The notes beneath the pieces were generated by a model. The model ran no database searches. It was not told the origin of the DNA and saw nothing but the letters and a program-made list of their open reading frames with translations. 64,000 nt of DNA from the NCBI GenBank assembly GCA_009991595.1, contig JAACVK010000028.1, forward strand, positions 4,137 through 68,136, written 5' to 3'. A program made the position numbers and the translations under genes. This document shows, piece by piece, positions 45,361-56,074 of the stretch (within the stretch, counting starts at the first letter, position 1; each line of letters begins with the position of its first letter). This stretch comes from a bacterium (lineage in GTDB: Bacteria > Bdellovibrionota > UBA2428).

Positions 45361-47938
45361 AACTTAACAATGCACTCAAACTCTTCCGCCCTGGCATTTT
45401 CATCAATTCTGAAACATCGATTTCAGCATCACCATAAAAGCGTTGGTAGTTAATATAGTTTCTTAGAAGCTTTTGGACATAATTTCGAGTCTCTTTATAA
45501 CTAATCCGCTCGATGAACATCAGTGGGTCCGATTTAGGATAGTATCCTTTCCACTTCTCTACGGGAGGCATTCCGGCATTGTAGGCAGCAAAAGCACAAA
45601 TCAATGATCCGTCTAACTTTTTCAATAAACCAGCGAGATGCTGAGCCCCTAATTGTACTGCAATTTCGGGTCGATAGAGCATTTCTGGATCAAAATCGGC
45701 AATCCCCGCGATTTTGGCCTCCTCCTCCGCCACTGGAGGAATCATTTGCATGAGCCCCAAGGCATTCGCCCAAGAACGTGCTTTTGGATTATAGGCACTC
45801 TCTTGGCGTATCAAGGAAGCAACAATCCAGGGACTGATTCCCTCTATCTTAGCTCGTTCTTTGATTTTATCCCAAAAGGCAAGTGGATAGAGATAAGCAA
45901 GTTCAGCCTCTCCAATGTCTTTTCCAAAAGCTTGCCTAGAAATCTCGCCCATCCTTAGGGCGCCCATAGGATCTCCTAATGACTCACGCAACCAGGCCAC
46001 CGACCTAGAAAAATTCAAACGCGACTGTTTGGAATTCTTTTTTCGAAGAATGTAACGCCAAGCGGAAGCATCGACGCTTGAAAAAAACTCTTCTGCTTCC
46101 TGAGGATAGCCAGCCTTGGCCAAGAAATATACTCTCGAAAGAGAATAAAACTGTGGATCCTTGGCATTTCCGTTGGAAGAAAAATAGCGATCCCAATTTG
46201 GCTCGCCTTCGGGCTTCTTAGCAACTCGTTTCCATCCAGGAGGCTTCACCCCCAATTCCATCATCGCAATCCCCGACATCGCTCCATAAAAGGAGTAGGG
46301 ATCACTTTCGTAGGCTCTTTTAAAACTAAGCAAGGCTTGCTTTTTGTTTCCTAAAATTTTATCAAGACGACCCAACCAAAAATAAAGTTGTCTCTGATCA
46401 CCGTCATCTGTAATCAAAGGCTGAATTTCCTTTAAATCAGAATGCAAGACTGCCAAGTCCTTTACGCTTTCGCTCAATTCCCATTTGAGAAATAAGCGTC
46501 TCCACAAAACAAAGCTTCGCATCTCACGAGTCAGGCCCCATTTAAGCGATTCGGTTAAATCATTGATTGCCGCTTTTTTTGCGAAGCTTTGTTCACTAAT
46601 ACGAGCCAAATAATACTCTGACTCAGCCAAAGACAATTGCAGATTATTCTTCTTATTAAAACTAACAATGCGCTTTAAAATACTTTTAGCTTCTTCGGTC
46701 CTTTCATAAGTCCAAAACCAACTAGCAATTTGAATTGCGCGATCAATGTCTTCGGCAAGAGTCTTTGAACTTCGATCAATGCGAAGGTATCGATGTATTT
46801 GAAGATATTTTTGGATCAGGGCCGGGATCTTCGGTCGCTGATCTAAAATTCTATAAATTTTTATATGAAGATTAAACGCTTTCCACAGCAGAGCTTTATC
46901 CTTGCGTTTCCAAGTTGGTAAATTAAAAATTTGATCCAAAGTTTTTTGAGCTTTTTCTCCATCTACCGCGCGGACCCAAGCTTCGGAGCTCTCAATCAAT
47001 TCCTCCATGTCCATATTGGAAGGAGAAGGGGGGCGAAAAAAAGAAGAAACTTTTAAAACACTAGCAACACTTCGTAGTTGCCTACGGTCTTCTTCCTTAG
47101 GGTAGTACAACCATAGTTGATTCAAGCGGTCTAAGAGCAACTTGCGATCAGGAGTATTTTGAGGAACTCCGGCCAGTTTTAGACTTTCTGTCCAAAAAAA
47201 GAAATCTCTCTCGTGCCTTCCATCGATCTTAGAAGATCTCCAGCGAGTCAACTCTTGTAAAACCCAATCGCGAATAGGGTAGGCACCAAACTCTCCAACC
47301 CAATACAATGCACGCTTTAAAAGGCTTTCTCGATGAACCCTATATTTAAACAAAATGTTCTGATACTTTTTTACAAATTCATTTACCTTAGAAAAACGAA
47401 GAGAATCCCCGTAAATCATGAGCATCGTATAAGCAGCCTCGAAATCTAAAACTCCATCTTTCTCAATAATAGGCAAAAGCCAACCCTCAGCCTCTTCAAC
47501 CCACTGTCTAGTTCGAGCAATCAACACAGCTTCAGGATTGAACTTAGGTTCGAGATGCGCTTCAGGCTCTGGAGCCCCGAATAAATATTTCATGAAGTTT
47601 GGGGTGGCTTCAGAATCATTCCCAGGATCTTCACCTCCCGCCAATTGTGGACCAGGTGAAGCTCCCTTGAGAACTGAAGTGTGGATTTCTGAAATCTGTT
47701 GATGAAGGATTTTTCCGACCACATGTCGGAGAGAAGGATTAAAGTTTGTTTTTTTGTCCTCTAAATATTTGGCCATGGTTTCTAAATCACATTTAGAATT
47801 CCATTCAGATTTTTCAAGATTAAAACTCAAACATTCCTTTAACTCAGGAATTTTAATCACCGAGGATGAAAACGCAGAAGTAGCACAAAAGCTAAAAACC
47901 CACGCGCTACTCAGCTTTAGAAACCTCGACATGCACAA
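45329..47938 (-). CDS. slt: soluble lytic murein transglycosylase (Slt70-like, superhelical N-domain + SLT domain)
   Basis: 869 aa. Signal peptide. C-terminal SLT catalytic motif ASLIRQESAYNPKARSWANALGLMQMIP ... AYNAG. Confidence 0.8.
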   Translation of the reverse strand: MCMSRFLKLSSAWVFSFCATSAFSSSVIKIPELKECLSFNLEKSEWNSKCDLETMAKYLEDKKTNFNPSLRHVVGKILHQQISEIHTSVLKGASPGPQLAGGEDPGNDSEATPNFMKYLFGAPEPEAHLEPKFNPEAVLIARTRQWVEEAEGWLLPIIEKDGVLDFEAAYTMLMIYGDSLRFSKVNEFVKKYQNILFKYRVHRESLLKRALYWVGEFGAYPIRDWVLQELTRWRSSKIDGRHERDFFFWTESLKLAGVPQNTPDRKLLLDRLNQLWLYYPKEEDRRQLRSVASVLKVSSFFRPPSPSNMDMEELIESSEAWVRAVDGEKAQKTLDQIFNLPTWKRKDKALLWKAFNLHIKIYRILDQRPKIPALIQKYLQIHRYLRIDRSSKTLAEDIDRAIQIASWFWTYERTEEAKSILKRIVSFNKKNNLQLSLAESEYYLARISEQSFAKKAAINDLTESLKWGLTREMRSFVLWRRLFLKWELSESVKDLAVLHSDLKEIQPLITDDGDQRQLYFWLGRLDKILGNKKQALLSFKRAYESDPYSFYGAMSGIAMMELGVKPPGWKRVAKKPEGEPNWDRYFSSNGNAKDPQFYSLSRVYFLAKAGYPQEAEEFFSSVDASAWRYILRKKNSKQSRLNFSRSVAWLRESLGDPMGALRMGEISRQAFGKDIGEAELAYLYPLAFWDKIKERAKIEGISPWIVASLIRQESAYNPKARSWANALGLMQMIPPVAEEEAKIAGIADFDPEMLYRPEIAVQLGAQHLAGLLKKLDGSLICAFAAYNAGMPPVEKWKGYYPKSDPLMFIERISYKETRNYVQKLLRNYINYQRFYGDAEIDVSELMKMPGRKSLSALLSYENTNWSQEK

Positions 47939-48186
47939 TAGCTTATCAGAGACTAGCCCAAGACTGTGAGCCAGCAGGGTGGTGTATTAATGCTCCAGCC
48001 CAAAACTTAGTTTACATAATATGTATTGTGTTATCAGCTGAAAACCAGGCAGCAACTATCTTCTGATCAAGTAAACCCATATCTTATCAATAAGTTAAGA
48101 TACCGCCTAATTGTTAAGCCTCTTGATCAAAGCTTCGCGAAAGCTTTGCTGGCCAGATCACTTAGGAGCTCCATAAAATAGACTCA

Positions 48187-49128
48187 ATGAAAGCAAATAA
48201 AACTGTTCTGTCACAATTAGCACTTTTCGGAATCTTCTCCTTTACTCTACAAGCTTGCCTCCAATCTAAGACGGGAAGTGGAACAACGGGAGGCACAGCC
48301 AATAGTGCAACTTCGCCAAGTAACAGTAACGGCTCTCCGTCCTCTTCAACAGAACCAGGAACTTCGCCAGAAATCCCTGACCAACCCAGCAATGGAAACG
48401 ACGCTAGCGGTGGAACAAATAATGTTCCTGGCGGAACAAGTGGAAATGGCACCTCACAAAACACGAATCCTGAGGCTTTCGCCGAGTCTTATCTTGCCCA
48501 AGGAGCTCATTCTGAAGGTATCGATGGACTAGCAGATGCTACAAAATTTCAAACTGTAAGCAATCTTAGAGTTCAATGTTCCCCATGGAGCACCAAACGT
48601 CTAGGTTTCAATTTTTTTCAAGGTCAAACGCTTCCAATCTCTCACCTATCTCCTTCTGTGAAGGACACAGATCTTAAAGACCCCACTAAACAAATTGAAT
48701 CGACATTAGTGCAAGTGGGCTCAACCTCAAAGCTGTCGATGCAATACCTCAGAGACCTTTCAATTTACCTCCCAACACGCAAAAACGAAAGTTTGAGCAT
48801 AGAAATCAATAAATCCTTCTACGGAAAATTCACACAGGCAGGTAAAGGCGGTCGTAGCAAAGTCTATTCTCTGTGGTCAGCCAATGCTGGTAGTCCGTCG
48901 CCCGTTCTAGAAACATCAAAGAAATATTACACTCCAAAGCTGCATCGAGTGGAAACTCAGGGCCAGACTAAAGAACAAAATGTAGGCGCCCCAGTCTATG
49001 GAATGTTAATCAGAATTGATTCAACAAAAGCCATTAACAAACAACCACTAGCTTCCTTTTTCTACGTAAGGACCATTGCAGGCACGACCTCTTACTTGGG
49101 CCGTTGTGCTTACGTTTCGAGCCCTTGA
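48187..49128 (+). CDS. hypothetical lipoprotein with S/T/G/N-rich disordered linker
   Basis: 313 aa. Lipobox LQAC. About 100 aa of low-complexity linker, then a globular domain. Confidence 0.5.
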   Translation: MKANKTVLSQLALFGIFSFTLQACLQSKTGSGTTGGTANSATSPSNSNGSPSSSTEPGTSPEIPDQPSNGNDASGGTNNVPGGTSGNGTSQNTNPEAFAESYLAQGAHSEGIDGLADATKFQTVSNLRVQCSPWSTKRLGFNFFQGQTLPISHLSPSVKDTDLKDPTKQIESTLVQVGSTSKLSMQYLRDLSIYLPTRKNESLSIEINKSFYGKFTQAGKGGRSKVYSLWSANAGSPSPVLETSKKYYTPKLHRVETQGQTKEQNVGAPVYGMLIRIDSTKAINKQPLASFFYVRTIAGTTSYLGRCAYVSSP

Positions 49129-49257
49129 ATGATAAATAACCGCAATCATTAAAGATGACCTAACTAAGTAGTTGTTTTTAATCAGATAATATTTTTACAC
49201 ATTGTATTAAAATTCGGTCACAATAGAAGAATGGGGCTGTGTAGGGGAAATTTGAAA

Positions 49258-51555
49258 ATGAGCTTGAAGCTCATTGCGAGTTTCGCACTCACTTGTCAAT
49301 TCTCATACGCCGTTGACTCCACTAAACCTTCAGCAACCCCCGCTTCGAACGCTCAAATTTGTAATATAAACTATTCCAGATACGGCTCGATTGCTGGAAA
49401 TCAAGTCATCTTAGAGTTACTCCAAGAAGGCCCGGTCATCAGCCTCTACCGAGGAAGCAAAACCGATCTCGAAGAACTTCAGAAAGCTCTCTCTAACATA
49501 GAGGACTCAAGCTACAACGATCCAGTCATACAAGACCTCATCGCAAAACAAATGTCTATTGAAGACTCTGCCAGAATCAGAGCAACATTAGAGCACACAA
49601 ATGCAGCCAATCTGGCTTTGGCCTCGCGACCTCACTTCTTACGCCGTTCCGTTCCCTTTGCGAAGCCGCGGTCCATCGAGGTAGCCGATCTTCCCCGTCG
49701 AAGAACGCCCGAAGAGCTAAATCAAATAGAGGATATTTTCAAAGACGCTAATCTAAGGAAGTACATTGATCAAAAATATCGAGGAAAGATTGGCGAAGAC
49801 CCTTACACAAAATCGCTAATGTCAATCGACGAACTAACGCAAGGTCAAGAGCTAACAGACGCCCATCTTGACGCTTTAATTGCCTTGAGAAAAAAAGTTT
49901 CTAGCTTTAAAAAGAAATCCAATTACTTTGAGATAAACGGTCGACTTGAAATCTATGTGAACACCCAAATTCGAGACTTTCTCGTAGAGAACAAAGACAA
50001 AATACTCAAAGAGTTTAAAGCAAACGCTCATAGAAACAACAAGGGACTCACTCTACATCTTCCGATCCTAAAACCCGACGGCCAATTCGGAATAAATGTC
50101 ATTGCATTAGAAAACTCATCTGACTTTCATCGCATCTTAGAAAGCTATGAAAACAAAATCGAAATGTTCGAGAAAATGGATAGTGAGCTTGTGGAACATG
50201 CAGTTGAATACATGCAACTACGCCACGTTGTAGACCAGTTTAAAACTTTCTACGAAACAAAAGCCACTTCGGCTCAGAAAGCCACAACCCACAGAGGAAC
50301 ATTAGACCCTCCAGAAACAACAACACCCACGATGGAATCTATGTATAGGTGGTATAGTCAGAATTTTTCAGAATCAAGCGCTCACATTCCAAGCCCAGGT
50401 TACATGAATTATGCACGTCTCCGAATGTCGGAAAACCGAGCCGGGTATTTCGTTGCAAACCACTGGAAGACTCTTCTAAAAATCACGGCCCCAACTCTTA
50501 CTATTGGTGGCGCCACACTCTACGGAACCCGCGGACTAACCTACATCAGCAACAATATGACAGAACGTCGAGACAAGAGGAATCTTTTTAACACCGAATA
50601 TTGGATTAAGAAATGCACCACATTTAAAAAAGAAGCGATCACTTTCTTCGAAGGACAAAAAGGAGAGGAAACAGCTTTAGGCCAGATTAGAAATTGCTTA
50701 GCGGATTACAAGAAACTTCTTTATGCGAACTATAATGAAACACTGAACAAAACCAGAAAACACGATCCCAACTATTCAGATGAAAGAGCCGAAGAAGAAC
50801 TCTTTAAAATTATCACACAGTGGAACCTCGTGTCTGAACCTGCAATCAAAAGAGGATCTGATGCAGTAAGAATGGATCTGATCACCGCCATCAATCAAGA
50901 AACATATGAAGCAGAAGTCTACGTAGAAGCTAACTTTGCCACCGTTAAAAAGAAGCAAGAAATCGAGGCGGAAAGAATCGCTCAAAACCCCAACGCGCCG
51001 CTTGTAGCAGCCGCCGATGTTAAGTTAAGCCAAGCCTTTGAAGAACAACTTATCAAACTCATTTCAAGTACAGACAAAGTCATTTCTACCGGTAAAGCAA
51101 AATTAGAAAAGAACCAGATTTATCAAAAATCCAACACAGAAATTCGTGCCCTTTATCAGATCCAAGATAGCGAAGTGCCAAAACCCACCGATCCTGTGGA
51201 GGTAGTCGCTGCAAAGAATGAAGCCTTGGAAAAAAAGAAAGAAATAATGGAAGCTGAAATCGCTGAAATTGCTCCTTATATAGACGCTCTTAAGGCCCAG
51301 GAAGTCGTTGTCATCACTCAACTAGGAAAGTTTAAGCGGGATCTAGAGGCCGTCAAGAGTGAATCGGAAAGAGAAGGTATTCGAACTATTATAAAGGATA
51401 CCGAATCTCAGCTGATTAAAATCCAAGGTGAACTACAACCTCTTGCCTCAAAAAACAAAGAACTAGTGTCCATCATCTTTAGGAATGATTTAGACCCAGG
51501 AGGAAACAACATTCCAAGTGCTACAAACAATCCTGCACCCGCTGTTAAACCTTGA
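49258..51555 (+). CDS. large hypothetical secreted protein with C-terminal coiled-coil
   Basis: About 765 aa from ATG 49258 (signal peptide MSLKLIASFALTCQFSYA). No known motif. The C-terminal about 150 aa are heptad-like and E/K-rich. Confidence 0.5.
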   Translation: MSLKLIASFALTCQFSYAVDSTKPSATPASNAQICNINYSRYGSIAGNQVILELLQEGPVISLYRGSKTDLEELQKALSNIEDSSYNDPVIQDLIAKQMSIEDSARIRATLEHTNAANLALASRPHFLRRSVPFAKPRSIEVADLPRRRTPEELNQIEDIFKDANLRKYIDQKYRGKIGEDPYTKSLMSIDELTQGQELTDAHLDALIALRKKVSSFKKKSNYFEINGRLEIYVNTQIRDFLVENKDKILKEFKANAHRNNKGLTLHLPILKPDGQFGINVIALENSSDFHRILESYENKIEMFEKMDSELVEHAVEYMQLRHVVDQFKTFYETKATSAQKATTHRGTLDPPETTTPTMESMYRWYSQNFSESSAHIPSPGYMNYARLRMSENRAGYFVANHWKTLLKITAPTLTIGGATLYGTRGLTYISNNMTERRDKRNLFNTEYWIKKCTTFKKEAITFFEGQKGEETALGQIRNCLADYKKLLYANYNETLNKTRKHDPNYSDERAEEELFKIITQWNLVSEPAIKRGSDAVRMDLITAINQETYEAEVYVEANFATVKKKQEIEAERIAQNPNAPLVAAADVKLSQAFEEQLIKLISSTDKVISTGKAKLEKNQIYQKSNTEIRALYQIQDSEVPKPTDPVEVVAAKNEALEKKKEIMEAEIAEIAPYIDALKAQEVVVITQLGKFKRDLEAVKSESEREGIRTIIKDTESQLIKIQGELQPLASKNKELVSIIFRNDLDPGGNNIPSATNNPAPAVKP

Positions 51556-52704
51556 CTAGTTGGCTGCAACTGTAAACTCGACTGTCTTATCTATATAGTT
51601 AACCGCATCGACGATATCTTTGTATTCCGAAGAGGTTAATAACACGTGGCCAATCTCAGCACTGACGCCATCTCGGTTTTTTATCTTCCCACCGACTTCT
51701 ACAGATAGCTGAGTTTCTACAACACAACGGTTAAGCGCAACCTTGTCCCATCCCTTTATGTCTTCCAGAATTCCTTCGCCCGGGTGAATGATCACAACTC
51801 CGCTATGGCTTAAAATCTCAGGGTTTAATTCCGGCTCAATCCCCGTTTCTATATCTAGGAACGCCTCCCATGCGTTAAAACCATAAGACATAGAAATAAG
51901 GTCCATAATATAACCACCAGGGGGTCTTAATGCGATTTCTCCGAACAAAGGCCCCTTTTTCGAACGATAGATCTCTAAGTGAGTGACTCCCCACTTTATA
52001 TTCATCGCTTCTATGACTTTCTCATTGAGTTCGAGAATCGACTTTAATTCAGCTTCAGCAAAACTCGCAGGAATAATGTTCACTCCACTTTTACGAAAAT
52101 ATTCCGTAACATTCGTGAAAAGTATTTTTCGATTATGGATAAAAGTTTCGACACTCGCCTCTGGAGCTTCGACAAATTTTTCGATGAGTCTATCTTCTTT
52201 AAGGTTCTTCTCAATCACTTCAAGGTTAGAACTAATAACTGTTCCCCTACCCCCTGAATTAACTCGATCCTTCACAACTAAAGGTAAATCAAGCTCTTTA
52301 GAAACCTTCTTCAAATCTAAGTTCTTTTTGACAGCAGTAAATTCTGTCATAGGAATTCCGACTTCGTGAAGAAACTTCTTCATAATAAGTTTATCCGTGC
52401 AACGCTCCACTAAGGCCTTGGAGTTAACTCGGGTCTTTAAGAGTCTTCGAGCAAAATAGGCACAAACCACCGACGACTCAGTGCTAGCGATCACGTGAGA
52501 AATTCTCTCTATCTCACGATCATTCAGAATTGCCTGGATCTTAAAGCTATCGTCAAAAAAATCTGAAACAATGCAATCAATGGGTTTACAGCCCTTTAGT
52601 TTGTACCTTTTTTCAGTCCAGAGAACATAGGGAATACCACGGTCTTCAATGATTCGTAAAAGTTCGCGCCTGAAGCCAAGAACGAGTATTCTCTCTTGCA
52701 CCAC
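51556..52704 (-). CDS. ATP-grasp domain carboxylate-amine/thiol ligase-like enzyme
   Basis: 382 aa. The LVVKDRVNSGGRGTVI glycine-rich loop and overall pre-ATP-grasp/ATP-grasp layout. Confidence 0.55.
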   Translation of the reverse strand: MVQERILVLGFRRELLRIIEDRGIPYVLWTEKRYKLKGCKPIDCIVSDFFDDSFKIQAILNDREIERISHVIASTESSVVCAYFARRLLKTRVNSKALVERCTDKLIMKKFLHEVGIPMTEFTAVKKNLDLKKVSKELDLPLVVKDRVNSGGRGTVISSNLEVIEKNLKEDRLIEKFVEAPEASVETFIHNRKILFTNVTEYFRKSGVNIIPASFAEAELKSILELNEKVIEAMNIKWGVTHLEIYRSKKGPLFGEIALRPPGGYIMDLISMSYGFNAWEAFLDIETGIEPELNPEILSHSGVVIIHPGEGILEDIKGWDKVALNRCVVETQLSVEVGGKIKNRDGVSAEIGHVLLTSSEYKDIVDAVNYIDKTVEFTVAAN

Positions 52705-52766
52705 ACCATTATAATGCTCATTCGTGTTAGATAAGAGTTCTAAATAAAATCTTAAGACACGCTACA

Positions 52767-54176
52767 TTAACGCTTTTTAAAATGAATCTTTAGGGGACAA
52801 CCCTCAAAGCCAAACTCGTCCCTCAAGACGTTTATAATATATCGTCTAAAGGAAAAGTGAATTCGGTTAGCATCCACGTTTGTAAACATTATGAATTCTG
52901 GTGGGTTGGTCGCAACCTGAGACAAATAATAGAATTTCACTCTAAGCGCACCATCCACACCAGGATGTTCTCTGTTCTGAATCTTCTCTTCAAAAACCTT
53001 ATTCAAAGTCGAGGTCTGGATGCGCTGGTTACGAGCTTCAGCCAGCTTTCGAACTGTAGGCAAAATCTGATTTAGCCCCATACCCGTTTTAGCCGAAATC
53101 TTGAGTCTAGGAACCCACTGTAAAAAGTCAGTTTTTAGGTCTTCTGTTCGCTGAAAGTTCCATGCCTTTTGCTCAGGGTCTTCAGCGCCTTCAACCAAAT
53201 CCCACTTATTGTAGAGCAGAGCCATACTCAAGCCTGCATCCATAGCAAAGCCACAAATAGATTGATCCATATCAGTCACACCTTCACTTGAGTCCATTAG
53301 GATCAAAGCAATGTCCGACTTCTTGGCCATCTTCTTAATCTTTTCACCAGCAACCCACTCTACTTGCCGCTCTCGCCGACCAGGGCGACGAAGCCCTGCC
53401 GTGTCGTGTAAGTTCCAATCATAACCCTGGTAACTAATCATGGAGGTTGTAATGTCGCGTGTGGTTCCAGCAACATTGCTTACCACGTGAGCTTGAATTC
53501 CTGTCAGCTTGTTAATTAGACTCGATTTACCCATATTGGGACGACCCAGAACCAAAATTCGGGCATCTGCGCGAGATTGCTCCATTACATCGGGCGATTC
53601 TTCGTTCAGTTCTTCCAGTGCAAACTTAGCTTGGGACAAATCCTCCCAAAAATCAGAGAATCCAACATTATGCTCACAAGAAATATCGAAGAACTTATCA
53701 AAACCTAGTGAATAGAAAGAACTCATATCGAAGTCTTTTCGATCACATTTGTTGATCATGGCCCATACAGGAACACTTCTCTTTCGAGGCAATCTTTTGC
53801 GAAGCCACAAAGCGACCTTCTCATCTTCGCTATGCAATCCGACACTGCCATCCGCTACAAAAAGGATCAAATCAGCGTTTTCAATCGCATGTTCGGCTGC
53901 GGCTTCAATCTCATCCCCTAAAAAGTGATCTTCCAAAGAACCACCTACTCCACCGGTATCAACCAATGCAAAAGGCTTATTGATAGGAGTGTCTTCGACT
54001 AAAATTTCTTGACGGTCGACGGTGATACCTTCTTTGTTTCCTACGATGGCTCTTCGACTCTGACTCAAGCGATTAAAGAGAGTTGACTTTCCAACATTGG
54101 CACGTCCGACGATAACAATCTTTGGAGGGCGTTTAGTTTCAGCTTCAAGGAGCTGCGGTAAATCCAAGTTCTTCAA
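52767..54176 (-). CDS. der: ribosome-associated GTPase Der/EngA (tandem GTPase + KH-like)
   Basis: Two G domains (GRANVGKSTLFNRL; GRPNMGKSSLINKL; DTAG/DTGG). The track start is a TTG that overlaps era by 32 bp, so the real start may be a little downstream. Confidence 0.9.
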   Translation of the reverse strand: MKNLDLPQLLEAETKRPPKIVIVGRANVGKSTLFNRLSQSRRAIVGNKEGITVDRQEILVEDTPINKPFALVDTGGVGGSLEDHFLGDEIEAAAEHAIENADLILFVADGSVGLHSEDEKVALWLRKRLPRKRSVPVWAMINKCDRKDFDMSSFYSLGFDKFFDISCEHNVGFSDFWEDLSQAKFALEELNEESPDVMEQSRADARILVLGRPNMGKSSLINKLTGIQAHVVSNVAGTTRDITTSMISYQGYDWNLHDTAGLRRPGRRERQVEWVAGEKIKKMAKKSDIALILMDSSEGVTDMDQSICGFAMDAGLSMALLYNKWDLVEGAEDPEQKAWNFQRTEDLKTDFLQWVPRLKISAKTGMGLNQILPTVRKLAEARNQRIQTSTLNKVFEEKIQNREHPGVDGALRVKFYYLSQVATNPPEFIMFTNVDANRIHFSFRRYIINVLRDEFGFEGCPLKIHFKKR

Positions 54177-55141
54177 GATGTTTCGTGCTCCTATCCCATC
54201 CGTTCACCACCTTAACCAGTAGCTTCAGAATGATTTCCTGACCCGTAATTTCTTCGTATCGCTTGCGCGCAAAAATTCCAATTTCCTTAATCTTTTGTCC
54301 CTGAGCACCCACCAATATGCGCTTCAAACTAGGTGTAGCCACCCAAATCATGGCAGCGACTTCCGGTTTTAATTTTTTATTTTCGTGCTCTAAAAATTGA
54401 ATCACCTGACACTCGGTCTTATAGGGGACTTCTTTATAGAACATTTGAAAAATCGCTTCGCGAATCAAATTCTCAACTAACTTTCGCTCCGTTAGTTCTG
54501 TCCACATTTCTTCAGGAAATTCAGGACTACCAACAGGTAAATTTGCCTCGATGACTTTTTGAACGGCGTCTACATTAGATCGCGCATAATCTTTTCCGTG
54601 AATGGCCGAAATAGGAATGATGTCAGAGATATCTGGAAACACCGTTTGGCATCTTTCAATAAGCGGTAAAAGATCTGGCTTACCAACACGATCAATTTTA
54701 TTCAGAATCAAGATCCACTTAGACGCTCGTCTTGCTTTCTTTACGTTTTCAGCAATCCAATAAGGTATTTTATCGGCGCCGCCTCTGTCGAGTTCGATGT
54801 CGGCCATATCTCGTTGCAAACTTTTCGAGTCGGCAATCCAAAAGCACAAATCGGCTTGATCCAAGGCTTCTTGCACTTGGTTGTGCATCGATCGCTCGAG
54901 AAGACCTCTTTGGAGGTTAATGCCCGGAGTGTCTAGAATCAAAGACTGCCCTGACCAAATTCCATCTTTATAATGCTGTAGAATGCCTTTAATATTTTGC
55001 CGGGTCGTTTGCGGTCTGTTGGAGGTGGCACTGAAGTCCACATTCATCAACGCATTCAACAGAGTTGATTTTCCAGCATTAGGGCGCCCAAAAAATGCGA
55101 CTCTCCCAAACTTAAATTCTTCTTTTACTTCAGGCATCCTG
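54145..55141 (-). CDS. era: GTPase Era
   Basis: G1 GRPNAGKSTLLNAL, then DTPG, NKID, and a C-terminal KH domain. ATG 55141 has a GGCAGGA RBS. Conserved rnc-era order. Confidence 0.9.
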
Positions 55142-55897
55142 CCCACCTTCCTTAAACAAATTTGGTCGCCCCAACAACTCGTTTAATTGATTTGAATTAA
55201 AATCAATTTCAAGCAAGAGCTTTTTAGCTGCTTTCTGGGTTGCATTCTTCTTAGTCACGCAAGTGGCCTCAACCACTTCAATTCCTTGTATTCGAAGAGC
55301 CATAGTGAATTCCCGAAGATGATCCGGACCTTCACTCTTTTTACAGATGTAAGAAGGAGTTCCGAACCCTGCCTTCTGGCACATTTCCTGTAGTGTGCTC
55401 TTAAAGTCTGAACTCCTCAAAAGAGCAGCATCAAGCTCCTCTATGTTCTTGGGATTAAGCTCTAAGCTCATAAAAACAATTTTCTTTGCAGCTTCAATAC
55501 CACCATCCAAGTAGACGGCTCCAATGATGGCTTCAAGCATATCGGCTAGAAGGCTGCTACGCTCCCGACCCCCGCTCTGCTCTTCACCCTTGCCAAGTCG
55601 AATGAGTTTGCCCAGCTCCAGCTTTCGAGCAGCTCTTGCCAGTGACCTCTCGGCAACAAAGAAACTTCTCAGCTTAGAAAGCTGTCCTTCGGAATGACCG
55701 GGAGCGCTCTCCATGAGAAATTCTGTGCAGCAAAGATCCAACACGGCATCGCCTAAAAATTCCAGACGTTCGTTATGAGGCGAATCGCCATATTCATGAT
55801 GATGGGATCTGTGGGTCAGTGCTTCGATTATGAGCTCAATTCTTTTGAACACATAATCCAGGCTCTGCTCAAGGCCCTGAATTTGCTTTACTTCCAT
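55130..55897 (-). CDS. rnc: ribonuclease III
   Basis: 255 aa. ALTHRSH and ERLEFLGDAVLDL catalytic signature. C-terminal dsRBD. Confidence 0.9.
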   Translation of the reverse strand: MEVKQIQGLEQSLDYVFKRIELIIEALTHRSHHHEYGDSPHNERLEFLGDAVLDLCCTEFLMESAPGHSEGQLSKLRSFFVAERSLARAARKLELGKLIRLGKGEEQSGGRERSSLLADMLEAIIGAVYLDGGIEAAKKIVFMSLELNPKNIEELDAALLRSSDFKSTLQEMCQKAGFGTPSYICKKSEGPDHLREFTMALRIQGIEVVEATCVTKKNATQKAAKKLLLEIDFNSNQLNELLGRPNLFKEGGQDA

Positions 55898-56074
55898 GTA
55901 ACTTGCTCAGATTACTCATTTTCATGCACCGTGTCTAGGGAAAGATTCAACTTTACCCAGCTCACCCTCCTCCAAGGATAGCCATATTCTAACAGGTGCC
56001 GATAACTCACTGAAATTAATTATTAAAAACCCACAGCTTTTAATCCTCAAACTTAGGTCTTAAACTGAAGACTC

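Noticed and set aside
54145-54176. 32-bp same-strand overlap between era and der suggesting frameshift or fusion
   Set aside because: The der track start is a TTG alternative start. Conserved Der begins shortly before the first G motif, so the overlap most likely reflects an over-extended start call.
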